Shown here: positions 12,395 to 24,763 of the stretch, piece by piece
Layout of the letters: every line of letters begins with the position of its first letter
How positions within the stretch are numbered: the stretch's first letter is position 1
Assembly: GCA_951406725.2 (NCBI GenBank)
Contig: OX597818.1
Location: 106,702,001-106,766,000 of the forward strand
Origin: Octopus vulgaris
Taxonomy: Eukaryota
DNA: 64,000 nucleotides
Direction of reading: 5' to 3'
Program-made: the position numbers and the translations under genes
The notes under the pieces: generated by a model
Told to the model about the DNA's origin: nothing
Database searches by the model: none
What the model saw: only the letters and a program-made list of their open reading frames with translations

Positions 12395-13678
12395 TGTTGG
12401 GTTGGCAAGAAAGTAATTTCGTTTTTCACAAATAGATAGAATTATGATTTTGTTGAATGCTTTTTTTTCAATGTTAGGATTTTTTTCCTTTTGACATAGC
12501 TGTTACTTTTAGCTTACTTTAGGAGCAAATTGCACATAATTTTGTTTACAGCTGTTAGCTCAGTGTCAATTTTTACATGGAATGCAAAAACGAACATTTT
12601 CGCCTTAATTTGCTTTTTTATTTCCATAAAGGCAAGAAAGCTGCTGAGGCACACAAAGAGGTATGTGAAGTTTATGGTGTTGATTAACAGAATGCACATA
12701 TCAGAAATGGTTTAAAAAATTCCATTCTAGAGATTTTTCCCTCAAAAATGACCAACGTCCTGGTCAACCTACTGAAGTTGATGATGACTGAATCAAAGCC
12801 ATAATTGAATCTGATTGTCATATAACTGTGCAAGAGATTGCAGAGAGGTTAAATGTATCCCACACAACAATTGAAAATCACTTAAAATGTCTTGGACTTG
12901 TTAAGAAGCTCGATATTGGGGTTCCACATAAATTGAAAGAGATTCACTTAACACAACAAACGAATATTTGCAATATGCATCTCAACCACAATGAAATCGA
13001 CCTTTTTTTTAAACGAATCATCACTAGTGTTAAAAAATGGATTGTCTACAATAACATCAATCGAAAACCATCATGGTTCAAGCGTAATGAACCAGCACAA
13101 GCTATATTGAAAGCTGAATTGCATCAAAAAATGGTCATGCTGTCAATTTGGTGGGATTACAAAGGTGTTGTGTATTTTGAGCCGCTTTCAAGGAACCTAA
13201 TGATCAATTCAGATGTTTACTGTCAACAACTAATGAAATTGGAGGAAGCAATCAAAGGAAAACGGCCAGAACTGGCAAATCAAAAAGGAATCATGTTCCA
13301 CCATGACAACGCTAGACCACACATGCTTTTGCTAATTCGTGAAAAATTATTGGAGCTTGGTTGGGAAGTGATGTCACATCCACCATATAGCCCTGATTTT
13401 GCACCATCAGATTACCATTTATTTCGAAGTTTGCAGAATTCTTTGAATGGTGAAACTTTTGATAATGATGATGACCTAAAATTGCACTTGCTTCAGTTTT
13501 TGGCTAATAAGGACCAGAATTTCTCTGAGCGCAGAATCATGAAGTTGCCAGAAAGATAGCAAATGACCATCGAACAAAATGGAAAATATATAAGTGATTA
13601 AAGTTCATTCTTTGTATAAAAAAAAATGACTTTTATTTCACACTAAAGAACGGAAATTACTTTCTTGCCAACCCAATA
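12395..13678 (+). mobile_element. Full-length mariner element (~1.28 kb) with TIRs, inserted in (TA)n
   Basis: Left TIR tgttgggttggcaagaaagtaatttc, right TIR gaaattactttcttgccaacccaata, TA flanks. Confidence 0.95.
12577..13601 (+). pseudogene. Mariner DD34D transposase pseudogene
   Basis: MECKNEHFR...; GVPHKL (WVPHEL motif); ITSVKKW (first catalytic D lost); HHDNARPH; YSPDFAPSDYHLF. Frameshift/stop near the N-terminus and TAG at 13557-13559. Confidence 0.93.
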
Positions 13679-14583
13679 TATATATATGAACAAACTATGA
13701 AGCATTGAGTTGATGTTTTACTGAAAAATAGAGGAAATTTTGAATGTAAGGTTGCTGTTAGATCAGCTTAGAAGATTGGGTAAATACCCTTTAAAGACAG
13801 GAGGGAGTGGTCAGCAGCAGGCTGCTACAGGGAATCAAACCCTGTACCCCTTAAATTCACCTCCCATCTTTCTTGTATCTACATCAAAACCAAGACGATC
13901 ACTGAACCTTTGCCAACCAACTCCTTAATGATCAGCAGCAACAATATACAGACAAGGTAGGCAATTTTTTCTACAGGAAAAACACAATGACATTATCTGG
14001 TTCGTTAGTGTGTTCTAAAAGCTGAATGAAATGTCTTTGATCTTCGGTCAATGAAGTGTGACATAAGACAAAACAGTAGTAACAACAATTCAATTAACAA
14101 GACTAATATGACACTCTCCTCCTCCTCCTCCTCCCCACCACCACCACCACCACCAACAACAACAACATCATCCCCATGAAACAACAACAACAACAACATC
14201 ATCTACATGAAAACCATTACATACAACACCATCCCCGTTGCAATCTGGCATCAACAAAATCCTCATGATAGCAATGTCTATAACATGTTGAATGTCAACA
14301 CAACACAATGTGTATGTGCGTGTGTATTTGTGAGTTGAGCATGGAGTTTTAATGCTCAAGTCAAAGGGGAGAAAGGCTGAAGTGCTTATGGATTTGGTAA
14401 TCCTTCAACAAGTTAACTTTGCATTTCCATTTTTATACCCATAACAATAAGAAAACGATTTTATGCCCTTGTTCTGTTTTTTACTTCATGTTTATTATGG
14501 ATGATTGTTGGGTACCGTTGCTGTTGGGTGCCATTGCTGTTGGGTATCTGTAGAATTAAAGTTGAATCAAAAGAAGTCATGGA

Positions 14584-16377
14584 GTGAAAATGGAGACAGT
14601 GGTGTTAAAAAAGGAAACTGTAAAGGAATTACATTCAACATTATATCTGATGTTTAAAAGGGACTTGGGGGAGCAGAAAAGAAATCAGCCACATTGCCTT
14701 GGAATTAAATCTTGTAATGTCAAGAGCAGGAATAATATGTGGAAATCAGAAGAAAATCAAGTATTCAAGAAGCTCCTCTTTTGACTGATTTTTTTTCCCC
14801 ATTGATTTGATATAAAACTTAAAATGAAGCAGTTGTTGAGGACCGAATGTAATGTGCTGATAGCATGATGGAATCTTATGAAAAAGCCAAAAAGTGTGTA
14901 TGATGCAGCACGAAGTTTTGTCAGTGAACAGGTTGCGGTCTCAAAGTGACGAAAATATTTTGACAAATTAAATTTAAATGTTGAAGTGAATCTAACGGTT
15001 TTTGTGTGTTTCTTAAATGGCTTATAAACACCTTCCACGCTGCAATTGTTTTCGTTCCAGCACACGACCTCAGATCAGGTCACTTGCTATGCAAGTACAT
15101 CTCTATAATTTGTATGATGATTTGCAGTAAAAGGAAAGTGAAAAATCTACCAGAAAACATTTTCTGGCTAATGAAGACTGGCTTGAAATGCTTTAGAAAT
15201 GGTTGAATTTGCAGAATAGAATATGACTGGTAAAGTCGGCAATGCTTATACAGAGGCTAATTATACTAATTATTTTGAGCATTTGGATGAAACATACAAT
15301 TGTTTAAGAGGGATTTACACTAGAGCAAGTGTACTGATGGAACTTCACTTTCCCGGAAGAGCTTTTTATTTTTTAAGCAGAAAAATCAATACCAGGATTT
15401 GAAGCTTCCAAAAATCCTCTGATGCTGCTTCTCAGAGGAAATACCACTGTTAAAATGAAATTAAAGCCCCTACTCATGTATCAGTCTGAAAATATAAGGG
15501 CTTTCAAGGATTACACAAAGTTTAATTTACCTCTGATTTTGCATTCAAATAAGAAGGTGTGAATGGCTAAGAATCTTTCAAAATGTGGTTTTCATACATA
15601 TTCGGTCTTGCTGAAGAAAGTTTCATGCCAGGTGTAATATTTCTGGCAAAGCATTGATAATTTCAGGACTATTCACTGGCTCTTTAATAACTTTGATGAA
15701 CTTTTTGGTAAAATCAGATTAAAAAAAAACTTCTTTGCTCCAGTAAATGGAACAAGGGAAGAAAGCAAACTTATCTATGAAGAACTTTTAAACAGCTAAT
15801 TAAAGCAAGTAACAGGCAAGATAAACCCCAACTGTTCGACACATTCCATTATCTTGAACAGGAAGAAGTTCAACTTAATGGATGTTGTGGATGATATAAC
15901 CGACCCATGTTATGAAGTGAAACCCTCGACTTTATATGGTGCTTAGAAAAACATATGGCTAGATTGTGACTAGATATATGGCTAAGCTTTCTCAATCATA
16001 AAGGCATCAAATTCAGAAAGATATTGAATGCTTGTAAGTGATGTGGAGTATGAAGAAATCAGAGATGATGATGTGGCTGAGTTTATCTAATGAGGAGTTG
16101 ATACTGTTAGAACAAGAGGAAGCTGTAAATTGAGATGAGAACACAGAAATTCCAACAGCTCCAATTTACTGTACAGAATATTACAAAAGGGTTGGCACTA
16201 CTGGAGGAAAGTTTACAATCCCTTATTGATAACAACCCTGATAGTTTATGTAACTTAAAAATTACAAGAGGAATTTACTGTGAGTTCAGATTCTACACTG
16301 AGCTGTACAAAGAGATGATGCATCATAAGCACCAAACAAGTCTGGATAAGTCTTTTGTTCCCTCAAGTAGATATTGA
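14584..16377 (+). mobile_element. Tigger/pogo (CENP-B-like) transposase, heavily decayed
   Basis: Fragments ..KAK/SVYDA.., ANEDWLEML, KMKLKPLLMYQSEN, LPLILHSNKKV and C-terminal YTELYKEM..HKHQTSLDKSF, typical of Tigger. Many stops and frameshifts. Confidence 0.75.
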
Positions 16378-16659
16378 GATATTGATTACGATGACCTATA
16401 AGACAAAAGACAGAGTTCCTCATCCTTCGAGTAACTTGCATTTCTCCACCTCCACTTTCTCTGAAACAGTAATCAACATCTTCTGTGGTAAAAACATACC
16501 CTACTATCAGATTATGATTCTTATTTATTCCCTAACATGTTTCTCTCCTGATGTTTTCATGTATGGATATTGTATTGTGAATTATTAAGAAAACATTATT
16601 TTTGTGCATAAGAATTGTCGTGTTGAATGCGTTTTTTGCTTTGAAAAGTATCTGTCAAA

Positions 16660-17067
16660 ATGCATTCTCACTTTATAATATGAAACAAATGAGATCTGGT
16701 TACAAGAAGGGCATCCAATCAGAAAAGCTACCTCTATAAACTTTGTCCAATCCATGCATTGTGTCAAAGTGGACGTTAAAATAATGACGATGATGGTGAT
16801 ACATGTGAGCAAATAAATTTCAAAACTAAACAACCATTGCCTTTACACGCACACAATGTATATATACATACAACATGTGTGTGCAATGGCAATGATTGTG
16901 TAGTGTTGAAATTCCTTTGCTCACATGTATCATCACCATCATCATTGTAACGTCCACGTTTACACGATGCATGGATTGGACAAAGTCTATTGAGGCAGAT
17001 TTTCTGACTTGGATGCTCTTCTTGTAACCAGATTTCATCTGTTTCATATTATAAAGTTAGAATGCAT
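16660..17067. repeat. Old inverted duplication (~195-bp arms, ~13-nt spacer)
   Basis: 16660-16859 vs 16873-17067 (atgcattctcactttataatatgaaaca / tgtttcatattataaagttagaatgcat), roughly 80-85% identical by eye. Confidence 0.85.
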
Positions 17068-17088
17068 AATATATGTATAGATACGTGT

Positions 17089-17515
17089 TATCATCATCAT
17101 CATCGTCATTGTCATTTAATGCTTGCTTTCCATGCTGGCATCAGTTGGACAATTTGACTGAGGACTGGCGAGCCAGAAGCCTGCACCAGGCTCCAATCTG
17201 ATCAGGCAAAGTTTCTACAGCTGGATGCTCTTCCTAATGCCAACCACTCTGAGAGTGTAGTGGGTGCTTTTATGTGCCACCTGCACGAGGGCCACTCAGG
17301 CAGTACTGGCAACGACCATGCTTGAATTTTATTTTACACATTCCACTGGCACATGTATCAGTTAGGCGACGCTGGCAGCAATCCTGTTTGAATGGTGCTT
17401 TTTACGTGGCACCGGCATGGGAACCAGTCAGTGGCCCTGGCAATGATCACGCTTGGACTGTACTTTTAACATTCCACTGGCACGAGTGCCAATCAGGCAG
17501 TAATGCCATCAGCCA
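17089..17515 (-). mobile_element. RTE-clade LINE 3' UTR with (ATG)n tail
   Basis: Same 3' sequence (...ggaagggcatccagctgtagaaac...gcatggaaagc..ttaaatgatgatg) as the RT-bearing copies at 56023 and 59203. Confidence 0.85.
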
Positions 17516-18110
17516 TGTGTGTGTGTATACTTTATTTGTGTATTAAGGCTACCATTGGTTTTGTGTTAAGAAAATATCTTTACAATTTTTGAAACTGATC
17601 ACATAGAGAAATTGCTGTTTGTCTCCATTTTGGATTATTAATACACAAATAAAGAATCTTAATCCACCAATGCAGTGTTGTACACTCATTCTCACTGTTC
17701 AACACTTACACATACATACACACACACACACACACGCACGCACGCATGCATGCAATAGTGATGTACGTAAGTTTCTACGCATTAGTTCTTAACAGTCAAC
17801 TGTAACGAATGCTGTCAAGTAAAAATTCTGTTATTTTATTGATGTCATACTTCAAAAACACTTCCAAGAAATGAAGAGGGGCTGGGGGTGGGCGATGGAG
17901 GTTTAGTTTAACTCCCATTTCTTAGAATCCTCTTCCTGACTTTCCCTCTTGCTCTGTCTCTCAATCCCCCGCCCTCAACCCCCCCCATCTCATTTCCGTC
18001 TCTGTCCCTCTGTAGTTTTCTCCATTCAACTTAATTCCTTTGGTGTTCTACAAAATGTAGATAGGAATGTATTATTCAGATAATAATAATAATGATGATG
18101 ATGATGATGA

Positions 18111-18288
18111 TTTCAAATTTTGGCACAAGGTAAGTCTGGAGGAGGGGGATAAGTCAGTGAAATCAACCCCAGTATACAACTGGTACATATCTTATGTTGA
18201 CCACCCAAAAGGATGAAAGGCAAAGTCAACCTTAGTAGCATTTGAATTCAGAATGTAAACATAGATGAAATGCCTTTAAGCATTTTTC
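18111..18288 (-). mobile_element. SINE family B (Meta-domain-like)
   Basis: aaaggatgaaaggcaaagtcaacct...atttgaattcagaatg; further copies at 19684-19880 and 20853-21062. Confidence 0.8.
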
Positions 18289-18289
18289 A

Positions 18290-18302
18290 ATGATAATAAT
18301 AA

Positions 18303-18353
<51 letters not shown>

Positions 18354-18374
18354 GTAATAGTAATAATAATAATG

Positions 18375-18463
<89 letters not shown>

Positions 18464-18477
18464 AAGAAGAAGAAGAA
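18290..18477 (+). repeat. (AAT)n then (AAG)n microsatellite
   Basis: Direct inspection. Confidence 0.98.
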
Positions 18478-19640
18478 ATGAAAGAAAAAGAACTAAACAG
18501 CTTAGACAGAAATACAAGGAAGTTGCTAGCTAGATATGGGACACTCCACCCAAAAAGTGACTCAGACAGACTGTATGTACCAAGAAAAAGTGGGGGAAGA
18601 GGACTTATTGGATGTGAACACAGCATTAGAGCAGAAGAAAACAACATAGCATGGTATGTAAAAAAATGCCACAGAACTGCTATTATTAGAAGAAGGTCAG
18701 GCATGTGTAGGATGAAAGATTGCAAAGATAAAGCACTATACAAGATATTGGAAACAAATGAATCTGAAAATTGGTGGGTAAAGAAAAGAATGCATTGACA
18801 ATTTCATAGGGATGTTGAAAATAAGATGGACAGAGAAAATAGATGGCTGTGGATGACTAAAAGTGATTTGAAACCGGAAATGGAGGCTCTAATCTGTGCT
18901 GCCCAAGAGCAAGCACTAAGAACAAACTACATAAAATACAGAATAGACAACACATCAGAAAGTGATAAGTGTAGAATCTGCGGGCAAAATAGTGAAACCA
19001 TATGGCATATTACCAGCCAATGTATGCCTCTAGCCCAGAAGGAATATAAGAGATGCCACGACAATATAGCAAGGATTGTCCATTGGACACTTTGCAACAA
19101 GTATGGACTTGACAGAGAAAAACACTGGTACGACCACAAACCTGAAGGCATCATTGAAAATGATAATGCAAAGATCCTGTGGGATTTTTTGATTGAGTGC
19201 CACCATAAAATAGAGAACAGGAAGCCAGACATAGTCTTAATTGAGAAAGAAAGCAAACTATGCTAGATCATAGACATAGCATGCCCAGCTGACAATAAGG
19301 TATGTGATAAGGAAGAAAGAAAAGTTGAGAGATATGACAGGTTAGCTTGGGAAGTTAAGCAGTTGTGGTTGATGAAAAAGGTAGCAGTAGTAACAATAAT
19401 TGTCGGAGTCCTGGGAAATGTGAGTAAAAATCTTGAGAAGTACATGTAACAAATAGGGGCTACAATAAGGGTGGAGCACTTGCAGAAACAGCACTGCTTG
19501 GAACTGCTCGAATACTCTGGAAGGTGCTCGAAAAATAAAAGGTCTTACCTTAGTTCACTGGTAGTGAAAAACTGACGCCATAGTGCACCTCCATGGTTAG
19601 AAGCTGTATAAAGGCAATAATAATAATAATAATAATAATA
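18478..19640 (+). mobile_element. R4/Dong-clade (RLE) LINE, 5'-truncated, (TAA)n tail
   Basis: LDRNTRKLL..LHPKSDSDRLYVPRKSGGRGL; CCHC knuckle CRICGQNSETIWHITSQC; HDNIARIVH; RKPDIV..IIDIACP..K..KY/RY restriction-like endonuclease. Internal stops; the coding region ends ~19538. Confidence 0.92.
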
Positions 19641-19884
19641 ATGATGATGATGATGATGATGATGATAATAGTTATAATAACAGTTTCAATTTTTGGCACA
19701 AGACCATCAAGTTTGGTGGGAGGGAGTAAGTCACTTGCATTGAGTCAACCATTATTGTTTTTATCGACTCTGAAAGGAGGAACGGTGATGTCGACCTCAA
19801 CAGAATTTGAATTCAATGGGTGAAATACCACTAAGCATTTCGTCCAGCACACTATCAATCATGCCAGCTCACCACCTTAAGATG

Positions 19885-20282
19885 TAGAAGAAGAAGGAGA
19901 AGAAGGAGGAGAAGAAGGAGGAGAAGAAGAAGAAGAAGAAGAAGAAGAAGAAGAAGAAGAAGAAGAAGAAGAAGAAGAAGAAGAAGAAGAAGGAGTAGGA
20001 GGAGGAGAAGAAGAAGAAGGAGGAGGAGGAGGAGGAGGAGGAGAAGAAGAAGGAGAAGAAAAGAAGAAGAAGAAGAAGAGGAGGAGGAGGAGGAGGAGGA
20101 GGAGAAGAAGAAGAAGAAGAAGAAGAAGAAGAAGAAGAAGAAGAAGAAGAAGAAGGGGAAGAAGAAGGAGAAGGAGAAGAAGAAGAAGAAGAAGAAGAAG
20201 AAGAAGAGAAAGAAGAAGAAGGAGGAGGTGGAAGAGAGGAAGAGAGGAAGAAGAAGAAGAAGAAGAGCAACAACAACAACAA
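19885..20282 (+). repeat. (AAG)/(GAG)n purine tract with (AAC)n end
   Basis: Direct inspection. Confidence 0.98.
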
Positions 20283-20852
20283 GTTGTGGCAACACAATCA
20301 GGTAGCAGAAGTGCTACATTGGAAATTGTGCGAAAAGTGGGGGCCAGAGAGATGCAAGACATGGTATGAGCAGAAACCACATAGAGTGGTGGATTCAGAA
20401 ACTAGCAAAATCTTCTGGGATTTCCCAATCCAAACAGATCGGACACTAGAGCATTACAGATTGAACTTAGTGGTGGTGGACAAGGTGCACCACATTTGCT
20501 ATATAGTTGGTGTTGCATGCTCCTTTGACCCACGAATAGTTAAGAAGGAAGGTGGAAAGATAGACAGATACAACCGTCTTAAGTACAAAATAGCCTGGTT
20601 ATGGAAAATGAAGATGGTGAAGGCAGTGCCAATTATTGTGGGGTCTTTGGGGACAGTATCAGAAGGCATCAAGGGGAATATAAAGGAAATTGGAATAGAG
20701 TGTCCAGTAGAAGTGTTACAAAAGGTTTGCCTCCTTGGCATGGCCAGAATAATCAGGAAAGTATTAGCTGGAGCGGATTGTGTGGTACTGTAGGCTGCAG
20801 GTGCAAGACTCCAGGAGCACCAACAAAACCTGTGATAAAGAGAAATAATAAT
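20283..20852 (+). mobile_element. Second R4/Dong-clade LINE 3' fragment (RLE domain), different subfamily
   Basis: QHNQVAEVLHWKLCEKWG..KIFWDFPIQTD..KIDRY..VPIIVGSLG..LQKVCLLGMARIIRKVL; short AAT tail. Confidence 0.9.
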
Positions 20853-21851
20853 TTCTTCTAATTCAAGTACAGAGATGACAATTTTAAGAGGTAAATTGAT
20901 TATGCTGACCCCTGTACTTGATTGGTCCTTTATTTTATCGACCTCCTGGGTATGGGTGAACAGCAAAGTTGACATTGACAGAATTTTGAACTCCAAATGT
21001 ACAGAAGTGAAAGAAATAATGCAAAATATATTTTTGATATGCTAACGGTTCTGCCAATATCTCCAAGAATAATGTTTGAGATCGAAGAAGACAAATCTTG
21101 TTTATCTGAAATATTTCTTCTTCACGTCACGTGGCTCTCTGATACTTTTCAATGTTTACAAAAATCTCTTGTTATGGTGGTGGACTGACCAGAAACACTA
21201 AAGTACCATATCTAAAGAATTACTTTGTCCTTATAGATTCTGATTTCAAACATAACTAAAGTTGATTTTACTTTTTATCTTTTCACAACTGATAAAATAA
21301 GTACAGACATTTTTTTGATCGATTCAATTGATTTTACAGTGAATCTCTGGCCTTGTGCCAATATCAGGAATTAATTGTATCACCAGTTCATTATATATTT
21401 TTAAAGCATATTAGTAAGAGTCTAGCCTTGTAGCCGATGGGAGATGTCTAGACATCTGTTTAGACATAAAGACATTAGGCAGACATGGCTAATGGTATGT
21501 TATCAAACTGAAAAATCTATTTGTGTCATACAGAATCTAGATTTGGTGGTAGTAGTAAGAGAGGGCTCAAAACACCGCGTCATTCTTAATAATTGCTTAA
21601 AATAATTGAATGAAATTCAGCCAAGAAACATAATCATATGATAGAAACTCTTCCAAATGTTTCTGCCAGTTTTGCATTTAGAATTGATGGCTGGAATTGA
21701 AAGTAGGAGAATATATTCTTCCAACTGGTGGAGCAGTACGTTTTTGCATGTGGTTGCCTTTCATATTTTCTCATCTGTTCTCCCTATTTTCCCCTGTTCA
21801 TAATAGAACGTGATTTATTATTCTGTGTTTCAGCTCCAGTTTCATATTTAA

Positions 21852-22116
21852 CCCTTCAGTTTTCAGATTATTGTGTCAAATGTGATACTTATTAATTCAA
21901 TCTTGTTTTGCATTAACCAAGCATTATCTTGTTGCTTTTAATTCAATCTTGTTTTGCATTAACCAAGCATTATCTTGTTGCTTTGAGATTTTGATGGTGT
22001 GATTGTTTATTATTAGAATGTCATTATAGGACAAGTAGGAGAGGCCAGATCTGACCGGTTTCAACATAAAACGTAGAATAATTTGACTAGATATGGCCTG
22101 TTTAAAAGCTAAAGGG
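21852..22116. mobile_element. piggyBac-type MITE
   Basis: TTAA-CCCTT...AAGGG-TTAA termini; internal ~47-bp tandem duplication at ~21892-21984. Confidence 0.7.
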
Positions 22117-22451
22117 TTAAACAAAAGATTGCCTTCACTAAAGATGACATTCAGTCTCTTAAGGCTTTCATTATTTTATTGGAACCTTGTTGTTGTAAAG
22201 CACAACTGAAGGACAATCACTGTGCTTTGGGTAAGGTCAAGGTTTTAGTTTTGCAGTTCATGCAGTTTGGTTTTGGTACCATTTTTAATATATTCCATGT
22301 AAGAAGCATTGGCTTCTGCTGTTCATAGAATTCTCATATATGAACTTGAGGAAGTTTTTCCATTGCAGTTTACCATGAAGAAATGTCCCAAACATATTTG
22401 AACTGATCCAAAGTTTGTTTATTTTTCATCCCTGCTTCACACAACTATATA

Positions 22452-22780
22452 AGGCACGTGGCTTAGTGATTAAGGTATTTGGCTTAGTGGTTAAGGTATT
22501 TGGCCTGCAAGTTCAATTCCTGGTGGTACGTTGTGTCCTTAAGCAAGACTCTTTATTTCACGTTGCACCAGTCCACTCTGCTGCCAAAAACCAGTTGTAC
22601 CTGTATTTCAAAGGGCCAGCCTTGTCACACTTTGTGTCACGTTGAATCTCCCTGAGAACTACATTAGGGGTACACGTGTCTGTGAAGTACTCAGCCACTC
22701 GCACGTTAATTTCATGAGCAAGCTCTTCCATTGATCAGATCAACTGGAACCCTCGTTGTCGTAAGTGATGGAGTGCCAGT
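22452..22780 (+). mobile_element. tRNA-derived SINE family C (CORE-like)
   Basis: ggcacgtggcttagtg..(duplicated A-box)..agttcaattcc..ttgtgtccttaagcaagac..gttgcaccagtccactc; head shared with 27562. Confidence 0.8.
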
Positions 22781-22789
22781 CACATACAT

Positions 22790-24200
22790 ATATCTTAAAT
22801 GAAATAACGAGGCCAAGGCAATTTGATATTCCTTGGACATTTATAAATAGAAAGGTGGTCTTACACCTGTTTCAGAGAAATAAATGATATCCCTTCATCA
22901 GAGACGAATTAAAAGTGCTTTGATAGAAGGAATTAGTAGAGTTCATTTTTTTAGAAGAAGTTATTCTGGAGAGTGAGAAATGTACAAGAAATTAGCTAAA
23001 ATGCAGAAAGTATAAAAGGAAAACATGAAAATAAAAATACATGTTGGATGTTAAAGTTGCTGTTCCATTCTGCAAGAAATGTGTTGCGTAGAATGGGTAA
23101 AGGGGCTTCTTGTCGATGATGTGTAAAGTCCGATAAGAATTCATATGTTGAAATTTCAAATGGATTGTGTGCAGATATGAATTGCATGTGTTGTTGTTCA
23201 TTCAAAAGGATCTTGTAGTATAAATGAATTTTGAGAATTATACTGATAATGGAAAGTAGATAAAGAGAGAAATGGATAGATAAGTATGTTAGAAGGAAGA
23301 AAGAAGTATGGGCGAGAGTGGCATTGGTCAAAGGAATTAAGGGAGTGGTATTCTTAATGGCCAGATTAGGGAAGGAAAAAGAAAAAGAAAAAGAGAAAAA
23401 AGGCGTGCTAGAAGCTGGTCAAGATATTATAAGGGTGTGGGGAGAGGAGAGCTATCAATAGATAAAAGGAATAGGGGGAGGGATAGAAAGAAGAGATAAA
23501 AAGGTAAGAAAGGAGTATATATGAAAAGTTGGAGGTGGGGGTAAGTTTGAAAAGGCACTAAAAGAATGTGGTTCAGAGGGGTGGGGGAGTACTGGATGTG
23601 AGTAGTGAACCTGGAGAAGGAAGGGAAGGGGGTGAAAGATTGCTAGGAATTAAGGGGTGAATGTGGGGATATAATGGTCAAGAAGAAGTCAGAGAGTGAA
23701 CTAGCTAAAGTGAAAGAAGATAGTTATGGTGGGGGCTGATAAGTCAGTGAGAGAACTTACACAGAATAGTGATATCAGGAATTAATGATTTTAACTAGAT
23801 TCCATCATCGGATAACGCCATCTTCAGGGAAGAACTTTACATTTGAGCAGTTGACAGAATGGAATTTCAAATTCTTCCTAGAAGATGGAGGCTGATGTTA
23901 TCCAATGGTGGAATCAAGGTACAATCATTATTTGGGACCACCAACCCCCCAGAAACAGCTGTTGGACTCATAAAACTCCTACTCAACCCCTTTAATTCCT
24001 GATATTATTTATATTCTGTGTAAATCAGACTTTTTTATATGTTTACATATGTGCATCTTTTGTATTAAATGTATTAAATGCATTTTTTGTATATCAACTT
24101 GCCTAACTTGTTCATCCTTACATTTCCTCCTCTGCCTGGTCAAGTTTAAATCTCTTGAGCACTACCAAGTGTATTCTATATGGAGAATACCTGACGCTCA

Positions 24201-24205
<5 letters not shown>
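22790..24205. mobile_element. Decayed PLE terminal region with hammerheads on opposite strands and an internal inverted repeat
   Basis: Pyrimidine-rich tract on the minus strand leading to a hammerhead at 22858-22905. Inverted arms 23757-23834 / 23872-24023. Degenerate plus-strand core ttcctagaaga...GAAAcagctgTTgga; ends at (TA)n. Confidence 0.55.
22858..22905 (-). ncRNA. Minimal type-I hammerhead ribozyme (GUA site)
   Basis: Minus strand: gtct-CTGATGA-agggatatcatttatttctct-GAAA-caggtg-TA-agac. Stem I gtct/agac; stem III is one change from the palindrome cagctg. Confidence 0.75.
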
Positions 24206-24240
<35 letters not shown>

Positions 24241-24242
24241 GC

Positions 24243-24755
24243 ATGACCTTTGAACACTAGGCCTCACCAAGGCAATGACTAGTGAGTGAGACCTTTGGAA
24301 ATATGCTGTGCTTAAGAAGACGCGGCAAGTGAGACTGTAACCCATGGCCTATTCCAGTGCGTACCTTTCTTTCATTGGACACTAAACTCTGCTTGCGAAG
24401 ACCTATTGCGGCAAGTGAAATCGAAATCAAATTCACTGACGTGGCTGATGACACCACTGTCTGACTGGTATCCATGCTAGTGAAATGTTAAGAGCAGCAT
24501 CTGAGCATTTGAGCGTGGCTGTTGCCAGTACCGCCTGACTGGCCCTCTTGCCGGTGGCATGTAAAAGCACCCACTACACTCTTAGAGTGGTTGGCATTAG
24601 GAAGGGCATCCAGCTATAGAAACTCTGCCAGATCAGATTGGAGCCTGGTGCAGCCATCTGGTTCGCCAGTCCTCAGTCAAACCGTCCAACCGATGCCAGC
24701 ATGGAAAACGGACGTTAAATAGTGATGATGATGATGACGATGATGATGACGATGA
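24243..24755 (+). mobile_element. RTE LINE 3' end with (ATG)n tail
   Basis: KHDL*TLGLT..DLWKYAVL RT C-terminus followed by the shared 3' UTR. Confidence 0.88.
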
Positions 24756-24763
24756 TATATATA

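Noticed and set aside
13740-13960. Possible exon after the mariner
   Set aside because: Weak acceptor, stop in the open frame, no recognisable protein.
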